A stretch of DNA of 63,584 nt, counting the filler, from Octopus bimaculoides (lineage: Eukaryota): assembly GCF_001194135.2 (NCBI RefSeq). It is 5 parts of 4 records of this genome, joined end to end, with 100 filler letters (N's around TTAATTAATTAA, not from the genome) between each part and the next. Parts side by side here need not be neighbours in the genome. Positions count along the whole stretch, not along the records: positions 1 to 30,198 come from NC_068981.1; 4 more parts are not named here. The stretch is one strand, 5' to 3'. The notes below the pieces were generated by a model that was not told the origin of the DNA, made no database searches, and worked only from the letters and a program-made list of their open reading frames with translations. This document shows positions 12,311 through 23,800 of this stretch, in pieces (the first letter of the stretch is position 1; every line of letters begins with the position of its first letter). Position numbers and translations under genes: made by a program.

Positions 12311-13105
12311 AAGGCGACGAACTGGCAGAGCTATTAGCACGGTGGACAAAATACTGGGTTGTCCGGAAAATTCGTGCCGATTTATAGTAGGTTATCTTTC
12401 GACTTATTTTAGAACATGGTTGAGTCCATAAAATAGGATTTGACTACACCTCCATTTAGAGCACAGTTTAAGCTATCTTTCCGTGGAAGAAGGTTTATAT
12501 TCCTATAACCTGTGTTAATTCTGTAACCCTTTAAAATGGAAGATAAGAAAGTTCATTTTCAGCACTTGATGCTTTTCTTTTTCCGTAAAGGGAAAAATGC
12601 CTCACAAGCAACCAAAGAAATATGCGCAGTGTACAGTGATGTTTCTTTATCCGAAAGAACTGTTCGGAAGTGGTTCGCAAGGTTCCGAGCTGGAGATTGT
12701 AGATTTATTGATAAAGAGCGATCAGGCAGACCATCAACTACAGATGATGACCAAATCAAGTCATTAATTGAGAATAACCCACATTGCACAACCCGAGAAT
12801 TGGCAGAAAGCTTCAACCTATCAAAATCCGTCGTTCATGAGTACCCGGTAAAGCTTAGGTACACAAATGTAATGGCAAGTATTTAATGACCTTTTTCTTT
12901 CCTTTAAAAATAGGCACGAACTTTCCGGACAACCCAATACTTAAAGGCATTTCGTCCGTCTTTACATTCCGAGTTCAAATTTCGCCGAGGTCGACTTTTC
13001 TATTCAGGATCGAAATGATAAGTACCAGTCAATTACTGAGGTCGATGGAATCGAATTCTTCTTCCCCTCAAGAATTGCTGGTCCCTTTGCCAAAATTTGA
13101 AGCTA
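12311..13105 (+). mobile_element. SINE-A interrupted by a mariner insertion (SINE parts 12311-12353 and 12938-13105)
   Basis: Head aaggcgacgaactggcagagctattagcac stops at TA; the SINE resumes after the second TA with cttaaaggcatttcgtccgtctttacattccgagttcaaa. Confidence 0.85.
12354..12937 (+). mobile_element. Internally deleted mariner transposon (584 bp); ORF 12536-12886 encodes only the N-terminal HTH region
   Basis: 30-bp TIRs matching at 27/30, TA at 12352-53 and 12938-39; ORF has HF..LMLFFF.KG.NA...KWF.RF..G...RSGRP, typical of mariner DNA-binding domains; no catalytic domain. Confidence 0.93.
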
Positions 13106-13159
13106 TTATTAGTATTTATTTTAACAGCACCAATACGATTTCAACATAGTCTGTTATCT

Positions 13160-13475
13160 TTTGTTTGCATCAGTCAATGAACTGAGGTCATAGCCAGGCA
13201 CACTTTGAAGAGTTTTAATCGAACAATTCGACCATAGGGCTTAGTACTCTAGGTCTGTTTTACGGAGACGTAAACAAACGATTACGGTTTTCCAGCGTTC
13301 AGAGACAGACAGTCAGACACAAACACACACATGCATGTACACCACGTGCTTCATTCAGTTTCCAACTACCTAATCCACTAGTAAGGTTTTGGTTAACCTG
13401 AGACGATAGTATAAGATACTTGTCCGAGGTGACGTGCAGTGTGACTGAACCCATGTGGTTGGGAACCATACCTGC
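13160..13475 (-). mobile_element. Degraded SINE-B
   Basis: Remnants of head (aacccatgtggttggga), ttcagtttccaactacc.aatccac and ggagacgtaaac segments. Confidence 0.65.
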
Positions 13476-13569
13476 CACCTAGTTACATTAAATAATGTAA
13501 CTTTACTTCAATAATATAGGGTAACAGAGTGCTAACGTCTATTCAAAGTACCAGTCGATTATTACCAAA

Positions 13570-13818
13570 TATTCTTCTTCTTCTTCTTCTTTTTCTCCTC
13601 CTCCTCCTCCTNNNNNNNNNNTTCTTCTTCTTCTTCTTCTTCTTCTTCTTCTTCTTCTTCTTTTTCTCCTCCTCCTCCTCCTCCTTCTTCTTATCCTCCT
13701 CCTCCTCCTTCTTCTTCTTTTTCTTCCCTTTCTTCTTCTTTTTCTTTTTCTTCTTCTCCTTCTCCTCCTCCTTCTTTTTTCATTTAACTACCTATTTATC
13801 TATGTGTGTAATTTATCA

Positions 13819-13882
<64 letters not shown>

Positions 13883-13904
13883 GTGTGTGAGTGTNNNNNN
13901 NNNN

Positions 13905-13962
<58 letters not shown>

Positions 13963-13982
13963 GTGTGTGAGTGTCTATCTAT
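13570..13982. repeat. (TTC/CTC)n pyrimidine tract and (ATCT)n tract
   Basis: Directly visible. Confidence 0.9.
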
Positions 13983-15152
13983 CGGTGGTGCCCCAGCATG
14001 GCCGCAGCTTTGAGTTGAAACTGATAAAAGAAAAAATATATACGTGTGTATGTGTGTGTGTATGTATATACATATTTTTTTCCAGCGAAATAACGTCTGT
14101 GATAGCTTCCAGAACAACGCTGAGCGCTAAAGAACATTTGAATGTCATTGACCAGACAAGACAAATTGCCTCGAATTGAATCCAAGAGTGGAAGATACGG
14201 ATACTTGTTGTAGTTGTAGCAACAGTGTTGTTGCTGTTCTTGTTCATGTTGCCATTATTTTTGCTATTATTGTTTATTGCTGTTTTTTTTTTTTTTGCTG
14301 ATTTCATGTGAATATTAAAATTTCTTGCCCTACTTGCAAAGTCATTATTTTGTCATTTTGAAACATCCATGTACAGGTGTGACTTTTTCTTCGTGGCTTT
14401 ATTGTATTTATTTATTTATTTTATTAACTTTTTTTTTTTTTGTTAGTCATTTGCAGAAACAATCTGATTTACACGTATGGGGACATATCCTACTTGTTGT
14501 CATTATCATTGTTGCTGAATCGTCAATTTTTTTTTTTTCAATACGAAAGAAATTTAAAACAAATCGAACTGAAATTTTCTCATAAAATGTCCGCAAAGGC
14601 GAAAAAAATAAAAGACCAAAACAAAATTAATGCAAATAAAATTACATTTTTGAAATAGTTACATAAAAGTAGGAACTTTTCCACACTTAAAACAAATTTA
14701 GTAATCCAAAATTTACAGTGTCAACAATAAAAACAAAGAAAAATAGTTTGACTCGAACAGAATGACATAATAATANNNNNNNNNNNNNNNNNNNNNNNNN
14801 NNNNNNNNNNNNNNNNNNNNNNNNNNNNNNNNNNNNNNNNNNNNNNNNNNNNNNNNNNNNNNNNNNNNNNNNNNNNNNNNNNNNNNNNNNNNNNNNNNNN
14901 NNNNNNNNNNNNNNNNNNNNNNNNNNNNNNNNNNNNNNNNNNNNNNNNNNNNNNNNNNNNNNNNNNNNNNNNNNNNNNNNNNNNNNNNNNNNNNNNNNNN
15001 NNNNNNNNNNNNNNNNNNNNNNNNNNNNNNNNNNNNNNNNNNNNNNNNNNNNNNNNNNNNNNNNNNNNNNNNNNNNNNNNNNNNNNNNNNNNNNNNNNNN
15101 NNNNNNNNNNNNNNNNNNNNNNNNNNNNNNNNNNNNNNNNNNNNNNNNNNNN

Positions 15153-15707
15153 ACTGGAAGCTATGCCAACACTATGGAATTACAACAGAAAAAAGATGGT
15201 ATAAACACACGCCAGAAAAGGTCACAGAAAACGAGAAAGCAACCATACTCTGGGATATGCCAATACACACAGATAGAGAAATTAAGGCAAATAGACCAGA
15301 TATAGTTGTCAAAGATCATGAAGAAAAAAAATGCTTTCTAATTGATGTATCAATACCAGCAGATGACAACGTTTCCCTAAAAGAAATGGAAAAACTTTCA
15401 AAATACAAAGACCTGGAAATAGAGGTAACTCGAATGTGGAATCTAAAAACAGAAACAATTCCTATCATTGTAGGTGCCTTAGGTATAATAAAAGAATATT
15501 CAGACAAATACATAACAAAAACACCAGGACTTATTAATGTATATAACATACAGAAAATTGCACTACTAGGCACTGCACACATCCTATGCAAAACACTTTC
15601 AATACAGTAACCATAAGAGCATCACAGCAAACCACAGCACATCCCCAAGGCACACAGAGATGCGCTCGGTAGTGAAGTGAAAGCACGTTATAAAAATAAA
15701 ACTACTG
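15153..15707 (+). mobile_element. 3' end of an R4/Dong-like non-LTR retrotransposon (restriction-like endonuclease domain plus 3' UTR)
   Basis: Frame reads WKLCQHYG...ILWDMPIHTDREIKANRPDIVVKD..KKCFLIDVSIP...KLSKYKDL..EV.RMW.....IPIIVGALG, the PD-(D/E)xK RLE pattern; stop at 15610; followed by (AAT)n. Confidence 0.9.
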
Positions 15708-15710
15708 AAC

Positions 15711-15769
<59 letters not shown>

Positions 15770-15792
15770 CAATAATAATAATAATAATAATG

Positions 15793-15845
<53 letters not shown>
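15708..15845. repeat. (AAT)n tail/target of the Dong-like element
   Basis: Directly visible. Confidence 0.95.
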
Positions 15846-15846
<1 letters not shown>

Positions 15847-15849
15847 CTT

Positions 15850-15930
15850 TCTAATGTAGGCACAAGGCCCGAAATTGGGTGGGAGGGACTATTAGATTTC
15901 ATGGACCCCATTGCGTAACTTGGTACACTT
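15850..15930 (-). mobile_element. SINE-A 3' fragment
   Basis: aggcacaaggcccgaaatt...gaccccattgcgtaacttggtac matches the SINE-A tail. Confidence 0.7.
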
Positions 15931-16100
15931 TTCGCTACCAAACTCCATCCCAGTCTCATCACTAAATGCATCACTTTGAAGCTGTAACTGAGGGCAAAGA
16001 TGTAACTACTCTTTGGAACTTTCCAGTACATAGAGACAGAACCACCAAAGAGGAAAAAAACGGATATTGTTCTAAAAAACCAACATAGTAAAGTCTGTGA

Positions 16101-16330
16101 AGTAGTTGCATGCTGTCAACTTAATGTGACAGTCCCCTGAAAAGAAATAATACTACTGTTGGTTAGACCTAGGAAGCTGCACCGCTTTCTGTCGGCCTTT
16201 ACACATATCCTGTGTCCTTATGTCTACAAGGGGGAGACAAGCACCTTCACCCAGCTAAGCCTAATGACGAGCAAAGACTCAGAAACATGTCTCTGGATGC
16301 AGGCTTAGCTGGGTGGAAGTGCTTGTCTCC
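16101..16330. mobile_element. Foldback/MITE family copy (one arm plus central inverted repeat)
   Basis: Arm tgtcaacttaatgtgacagtccc shared with 46153 and 60133; inner inverted repeat 16233-16262/16301-16330 (28/30). Confidence 0.75.
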
Positions 16331-17334
16331 GTAGTCACACTTCTAACAGCTACCTTCTTTTCGCTGCTCTCTTATTGAAAATTCCGACGCCATGTTTTGA
16401 ATTAAAAGTAAAACAAATAGGTTGGATCCAAAAACGAAGAAATACAAAAACAAACAGCCCCTAACAATTCCTTGAGATAATGGTCGGCGTATTAACAAAA
16501 AGTATTTTAATAGATTCTGATCTGTGCCCTTCTCATTGTATTACACGAAGGAGTGTACCTATAAGTATGTATGTGATATTCTGTAAGATCTTGTTAGTAC
16601 TACGTGACATGCATCTTGGAGCGTGCGTTATTTAATATAGACATTGTGTACGACAAGAGTAATGTGGATACCAACATTAAACAACAACAACAACAACAAC
16701 AACACAACAAGTATAACAAAGAAAAACAAGGGAGACGAAATTAAGGGTAAAAAAGAATACAGAAGATAGGAAACCAGGAGCGAAGTGTTAAAAGGGGAAA
16801 CGGAAGAGACATTGAGGGGGAGAACGAAAGATCAGTGAAAAGAAAGAAAGAAAGAAAGAAAGAAAGAACGAATAGGTGGGATGAAAAAAAAAATGCTGAA
16901 CTGATAATGACAAAAAGAAAAGAGCGAAATTAGGAAGAAAAGAAAGAAATACGAAAAAAATAATGTTAAGAATGAAATATAAGACAAGGGGAAAAGAAAA
17001 TGAGAGGAGAATAATAGAAATGGAAAAAAAAATGAAATTGACACAGAAAGAAAACATGAGTAAGAAGAAGAAAGAAATGATGACAAAAGGGAGACGAGAA
17101 AAAATACATAAGACGTAAACAGACTATTATGAAAAAACAAAGTAGAAACAGAATGAACGATTATTAAAAAAAAAAAAGAGAAAGAATAAAAATGCTGCAC
17201 AGGTAAAACGAAACAAAAAGGAAGTCAGAAAAGAATGAAAGAATGGCGCCAAAAATGAAGATGGAAGGAAATGAAGAAAGAAGGAACGCATAACTAAAGA
17301 AGTGATAAAAGCATACAAAAACAATTGAATGAAA

Positions 17335-17353
17335 AAAGTAGTAGTAATGAAAA

Positions 17354-17396
<43 letters not shown>

Positions 17397-17725
17397 TGTA
17401 GTAGTAGTAGTAGTAGTANNNNNNNNNNNNNNNNNNNNNNNNNNNNNNNNNNNNNNNNNNNNNNNNNNNNNNNNNNNNNNNNNNNNNNNNNNNNNNNNNN
17501 NNNNNNNNNNNNNNNNNNNNNNNNNNNNNNNNNNNNNNNNNNNNNNNNNNNNNNNNNNNNNNNNNNNNNNNNNNNNNNNNNNNNNNNNNNNNNNNNNNNN
17601 NNNNNAGAAGAAGAAGAAGAAGAAGAAGAAGAAGAAGAAGAAGAAGAAGAAGAAGAAGAAGAAGAAGAAGAAGAAGAAGAAGAAGAAGAAGAAGAAGAAG
17701 AAGAAGAAGAAGAAAAGGAGGAGTA
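17335..17725. repeat. (GTA)n and (GAA)n tracts flanking a gap
   Basis: Directly visible. Confidence 0.95.
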
Positions 17726-18040
17726 AGAACAAACAATAGCAATTGAAAGAAAAATTTGAAAGAATGTTACAATTAGAAATAAGAAGCGTGATGTGGGAGA
17801 AAAAGGGACACCAGTCAAAGACTATGAAGAGGCGGATGAGATAACTTCAGTCATAGCGACAAGGACTGAAAGGAAATATTGGTTGGAGAGAAAGTTTAAG
17901 AGTGAAGACGAAGATATGCTGATAGCTGACTTATGGAAATGGAAAAAGGAAGAGGAAGCAAGTTACTGTGTGAAGCAGAAACGGTTGGAATATTGAGAGA
18001 AATTAGGGAGAATCTTTAAGGGAAATTTTTCTTAGAAACA

Positions 18041-18209
18041 GCCGTGGCTTGCGGTAAGAAGCTCGCTTCCCAACCACATGGTTCTGCGTTCTGTCCCACT
18101 GTGTGGCACTTTGGGTAAGTGTCTACTGTTATAGCCCCGGGCCGACTAAAGACTTGTGAGTGGATTTGGTGGATGGAAACTGAAAGACACCCGTCGAGTG
18201 TGTGTGTAC

Positions 18210-18265
<56 letters not shown>

Positions 18266-18268
18266 GTG

Positions 18269-18301
<33 letters not shown>

Positions 18302-18495
18302 CTTTGTCCCACATCACTGCTTGACTACTGGTGCAGGTGTGTTTACGTCGCCGTAACAGCGGTTCAGTAAAAGAAAACCGATAGAACAAGTACCAGGCTT
18401 TATAGAAAAGAAGTCCTGGGGTCGATTCATTCGACTAAAAATTCTGCCCCAGCATGGCCTCACTCTCACAATTGAAACAAGTAAAATGTAAAAGA
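18041..18495 (+). mobile_element. SINE-B full-length, diverged, with expanded internal microsatellite
   Basis: Head gtggcttgcggtaagaag..., ggcactttgggtaagtg, internal TA/TG of ~100 bp, tail gccccagcatggcc...gaaacaagtaaaa. Confidence 0.88.
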
Positions 18496-18669
18496 TAACC
18501 ACAAGAGAGGATGAGAAGACAATGAAGAGAAGAGAGAGGTAATAGAAGAAATGTCTGCGATAGAAAGCTGAGTGAGTTTCAGAAAGAGTGACAGTGACAG
18601 AGCATGTGTACTTCAGTGTAACAATCCAGAGAGGTAGATATACAAAGACAGAGTGAAGAAAGACATATA

Positions 18670-19399
18670 CAGGGTCCGCCATAAGTAACTATATATTTTC
18701 TTTTACTTGTAACTTTGTTGATATTTATTCAATTTTTCTATTTCATATGTCATTTAAAAGCTAAAATCTTATATTTTTATTTCTTTTTCTTTTTCCCCTA
18801 TTTCAGATGTACTGTTATATCGATTAGGTTCACTCGATTAACAAAACAGCAAAAGATTGCGGTTTTGAAATGGTTCTGCACAAAGTTATCTGGCAGCTCG
18901 AATTTGTTCCTTAAGTTCAGCAATGTTGCGGGGTTTTGTTGAGTAGACTTTCTCTTTGAGAACGCCCCACAGAAAAAGTCGGGTGGGGTCAAATCCGGCG
19001 AACGAGACGGCCATTCAAGTGATCTTCGCATGCCAATCCATCGACAGGGCAGGTTGGCGTCCAGCCAGTCTCGCACGAGCGTAGCATAATGAGCCGGTGC
19101 CCCGTCCTGCTGAAAGTACAGACCCTCTGCTCCATCCTGCTGTTGTAATAACGGCAAAAGCAGCTCTTGTAGGATAGCCAGATAACTTTGTGCAGAACCA
19201 TTTCAAAACCGCAATCTTTTGCTCTTTTGTTAATCGGGGGGACATAATCGATATAACTGTATATCTGAAATAGGGGGAAGAAAACGAAATAAAAATATAA
19301 GATTTCAGCTTTCAAATGACATATGAAATAGAAGAATTGAATAAGTATCAACAAAGTTACAAGTAAAAGAAAATATATAGTTACTTATTGCGGACCCTG
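18670..19399 (-). mobile_element. Non-autonomous DD41D (rosa-like) Tc1/mariner derivative with ~225-bp inverted arms
   Basis: Arms 18670-18894 and 19177-19399, TA on both sides; the centre on the minus strand reads FQQDGAPAH...WPSRSPDLTPPDFF with 41 residues between the two Asp (counted). Confidence 0.93.
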
Positions 19400-19489
19400 T
19401 AATTAAATGCTTTTTCAAGCGTCCTAAAACACACCTGCCTGGTTAATCGGTACTTATGGTATATAAGTGTACCAGATCGCGAGAGAAAG

Positions 19490-19665
19490 GAGTAAGCCGA
19501 TTACTTGATCGCAATACATGACTGGTAATTTTCATCTTATCTACCCCGTCAAGGGGTAAAAATTTAAGTTGACTTGGGTAGAATTTGAACTCAGAAAGCA
19601 AGGAGCCGGAAGAAACGCCGGTTAAAGATTTTGCCCAACGTGTTAACGTTTCTGCCACCGCGCGT
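19490..19665 (-). mobile_element. Degraded SINE-A-like copy
   Basis: aatttgaactcagaa...gttaacgtttctgcca on the plus strand. Confidence 0.65.
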
Positions 19666-19711
19666 GTTGAAAGTAAATATGTATACTAACACACACACAA
19701 ACATATATATT

Positions 19712-20142
19712 CTTTTCTACTCTAGGCTCAAGGACCGAATTTTTGGGGAAAGGGGCCAGTCGATTAGATCGACCCCAGTATCCAAGTGGAACTTAATATT
19801 CGACCGCCAAAAGGTTGAAAGGCAAAGTCGACCTCGGCGGAATTTGAACTCGGAACGTAAAAACAGACAAAATACCGCCTAGCATTTCGCCCGGCGTGCT
19901 AACTTTTCTTATTTCTTTATTGCCTACAAGGGGCTAAACATAGAGGAGACAAACAAGGACAGACAAATGGATTAAGTCGATTAGATCGACTCCAGTGCGT
20001 AACTGGTACTTTATTTATCGACCCCGAAAGGATGAAAGGCAAAGTTAACCTCGGTGGAATTTGAATTCAAAACGTAAAGACAGACGAAATACCGCCTAGC
20101 ATTTCGCCCGGCGTGGTAACGTTTCTGCCAAGCTCGCCGCCT
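19712..20142 (-). mobile_element. Dimeric SINE-A with 16-bp TSD
   Basis: Same two-monomer plus linker layout as 5494-5925; CACAAACATATATATT at 19696-19711 and 20143-20158. Confidence 0.93.
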
Positions 20143-20659
20143 CACAAACATATATATTAGATACATATGTTTTATATAATACACACACACACACACACAC
20201 ACATAGAGAGAGAAAGAAGAGTGTGAGTGAAAGAGGAAATTTAGAGGGAAATAAGAAAATAGGGAGACGGAGAAAACAAGACTGAGAGACAGTGGGAGAC
20301 AGTGGGAGAGCATTAATGGGGTGTGTAAATAGTTAAGATAATTCGGGTTGGCAGGAATTTGTTAAATCGCATCCAAAGAAGATCTAACACTGTTTGTATA
20401 AAAGTTGGAACCACCACAACGAGTGAGATAATTGAGAAAAGACTTAGGACTAAGAAGTAAAGGAAAATTGGGAGGAATGAGGAGAGGAAGAAAATGGACG
20501 AGGGAGGGAGAAACAGAGAGAGAGAACTGATGATATAAGGTAATGGGTTCGACTTACGTTATTAACAGGAGCGAGTGAAGGGACGTAAGAAGGGAAGAAA
20601 GGAAGTTATATATGGGCTGCTGCGTGTGTACGTGCATACATATACATATCTGCATGCAC

Positions 20660-20681
20660 ACACACACACATACATTTGTAA

Positions 20682-20743
<62 letters not shown>

Positions 20744-20890
20744 AATAAAACCTTGGACTAATGAATGCCTTTTAATGTTCGTTAGCCATTGTCAAGGAAG
20801 CAGACATTTTGTTTATTAAGGAAAGTTGCTAAAATTGTTCATGCATAGATATTTAAAGTATTTGCATATAAGCTCACAAGCACACACATA

Positions 20891-20931
<41 letters not shown>

Positions 20932-21076
20932 ATACACACACACACACACACAAACGAATACATACACACGCAATCTCCCTTTCTCTCACAGATATACATG
21001 TATGTGTGCATACAAACATATCTATATATATATATGTATGTATCAATCTCTCTGTACATACATACATACATACACT

Positions 21077-21115
<39 letters not shown>

Positions 21116-21155
21116 TTATGTCTCTATCTATTTCTGGTTGTGTGTGTGGGGGGGG

Positions 21156-21187
<32 letters not shown>

Positions 21188-21370
21188 TTCAGTGACTACT
21201 TGGTATATATAGACTTCTCCTCGACGGTGAATTGTGGAATACATGCATCTTGCTGAATGGGTGGATGGCAGATGGTAACCTATTGTACATACACACACAC
21301 ACACACATACACACGCACACACACACACACATACACACACATACACACACACACACACACATACATACAC
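20660..21370. repeat. Cluster of (TG)n/(CA)n/(TA)n tracts
   Basis: Directly visible. Confidence 0.9.
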
Positions 21371-22685
21371 ATGCACAGTTTTTGTAATCCTGAATCATCA
21401 GGAAAAAAAATAGAACGGGGAAGCTGAGATGACGAGTGGAGGGGTAGTCAAGCGATGTCAATTCTATTCTTAGAGATAGGAACTACTCGTGTTTGGTGTA
21501 TTAAGGGTGAATAAGGGCACACCGTTACATGTCACAAACTGGCAGTGGGAATAGGTCGAAGGTAAGGAAGGGAGATCTTTGAGGATGTTTACACCACTCA
21601 TACGAAGAACAAAATTCAAAATTAGAATATGACACCGAGACTAAGTGTAAATGTTTAAAACTTTCTAACAATTCGGTGGAGGTACATAAATGTGCGTGTG
21701 TGTGCGCGCGCTCGAACGCGTATCTGTATATATCTGTATATATGTGTGTCGATACATATATATAGACATATATTAATTTATGTCTATATTAATATTATCT
21801 CGGTTGAAAAAACTTCGACAATGTAAATCTGTTAATAGTTACCATGGGTAGCAAAAATCACACAAAAACTGGGATGCAATTTTTTTGAACTTTTGATTTT
21901 TGAATTTTACTGTGGCCTATTATGCCTTCCTCTAATTTAAACTTTTAGTATACCGTTCATAGCCTATCTCCCTTAATAACTCCCTGTAAACCAGCGTTCT
22001 TGTTTCTAAGGGTCATTTACTTAGCTATATAATGTTATAACTCGCACGTAACCTTAACATTTAGCATAAGTCTTGCTTTTGCATGTTGGTTCCCTGACGA
22101 TGAATATATGTGCAATTCCAGCACCTCTTACTTCTTTGGAGTAGGATGCACATATATTTTGAAACATATGTAGGAATTAAAGGAACTAATTGTTTATATG
22201 CGTTTTGCTCTATTTATTATCATTCTTCATATCTATTCAAAATACATCACTTTCACATGGTATATACACATACATACATACATACATANNNNNNNNNNNN
22301 NNNNNNNNNNNNNNNNNNNNNNNNNNNNNNNNNNNNNNNNNNNNNNNNNNNNNNNNNNNNNNNNNNNNNNNNNNNNNNNNNNNNNNNNNNNNNNNNNNNN
22401 NNNNNNNNNNNNNNNNNNNNNNNNNNNNNNNNNNNNNNNNNNNNNNNNNNNNNNNNNNNNNNNNNNNNNNNNNNNNNNNNNNNNNNNNNNNNNNNNNNNN
22501 NNNNNNNNNNNNNNNNNNNNNNNNNNNNNNNNNNNNNNNNNNNNNNNNNNNNNNNNNNNNNNNNNNNNNNNNNNNNNNNNNNNNNNNNNNNNNNNNNNNN
22601 NNNNNNNNNNNNNNNNNNNNNNNNNNNNNNNNNNNNNNNNNNNNNNNNNNNNNNNNNNNNNNNNNNNNNNNNTGTGTGTGTGTGT

Positions 22686-22730
<45 letters not shown>

Positions 22731-22747
22731 TGCGTGTAAAGAGTCTG

Positions 22748-23073
22748 ACTGGTACTCCATCATTTACGACGACGAATGTTCCTGATAATCGGATCAACAG
22801 AACAACCTGTTCATGAAATTAACGTGCAAGTGTCTGAGTACTCCACAGACACGCGTATCCTTGACGTTGTTCGCAGAGAGATTCAGCATGACACAGAATG
22901 TAACAAGGCTGGTCTATTGAAATAAAGGTGCTCCTCATTTTTGTCCGTGGAATGGACTGGAGCAAGGAGAAATAAAAATTTCTCGCTCAAGAGACAGAAT
23001 GCACTGCCGGGAACCGAACTCACGAACTTACGATCGTGAGCCGAGAACCCTGACCACTAAGCCACGCACCTCC
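22748..23073 (-). mobile_element. SINE-D (tRNA head, CORE-like block, tail shared with SINE-C)
   Basis: Reverse strand GGTGCGTGGCTTAGTGGTCAGGG...GAGTTCGGTTCCCGG...TCTTGAGCGAG..., then ...GTGTCTGTGGAGTACTCAGACACTTGCACGTTAATTTCA. Confidence 0.85.
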
Positions 23074-23800
23074 AACAAATGTATGCATACTTACCAACAT
23101 ATACATGCATTCATGCACTCGTGCGTGCATAAGTGATTTGTAATTGGAAGAAATCTAACATACTACGACAAAAGTTCGACTGCTTGAACAGTATCACCAT
23201 CAAATTAGATGCAAGTTTATTCCAGTCAACATTGTAGAGTTCTAACCGCCATTTTATAAACTCTTTCTCTCCGAAGCATTGAAATTCATAATGTAACAGC
23301 TTAAGTGAGAAAAAAAACTAATCTATTATATGAAATCCTTCGCTGTGAACGACGTAGCACGGAGGAAACAGTTGTAATTTATTGTAGATAATTGAGGCTG
23401 GTATAACTGAAGTAGGCAAGTTGGCTTGTATGACTACACTCCCTAGAAAAACTAAATAAATTTATGGCAAGTAACATAGAGCCATTGGAAGATGATGGCC
23501 TTGCAAAGTCGCACCACATTTGTAACAATTAATAAATAACCATAACGTAGGGAAGTTGTAGGCGCATAGAAGGAGACGCAACCTTATACTTATCAGCCTA
23601 CGTCGTGTTTCCATCGTCTCGTTCCCTGTCCGTTCTTTGATGTTGTTCAATCACTTCATTCGTGGTATTTGTATACCTCGTCAGTTGGCCATATTTGTTC
23701 TTGCTTGACCAAATACGCTGAGAATAGAATATCATGGTGTCATACTATATGAATAAACCACCTCATTTTTCGCCTCTTGACAGAATAAAGGGGAAAAAAA

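Noticed and set aside
13805-13982. Duplicated (ATCT)n-GTGTGAGTGT block
   Set aside because: The copies flank a 10-N gap; most likely an unmerged contig overlap.
21472-21562. Exon-like segment with good acceptor and strong AAG/GTAAGG donor
   Set aside because: All three frames contain stops; could only be non-coding, with no support.
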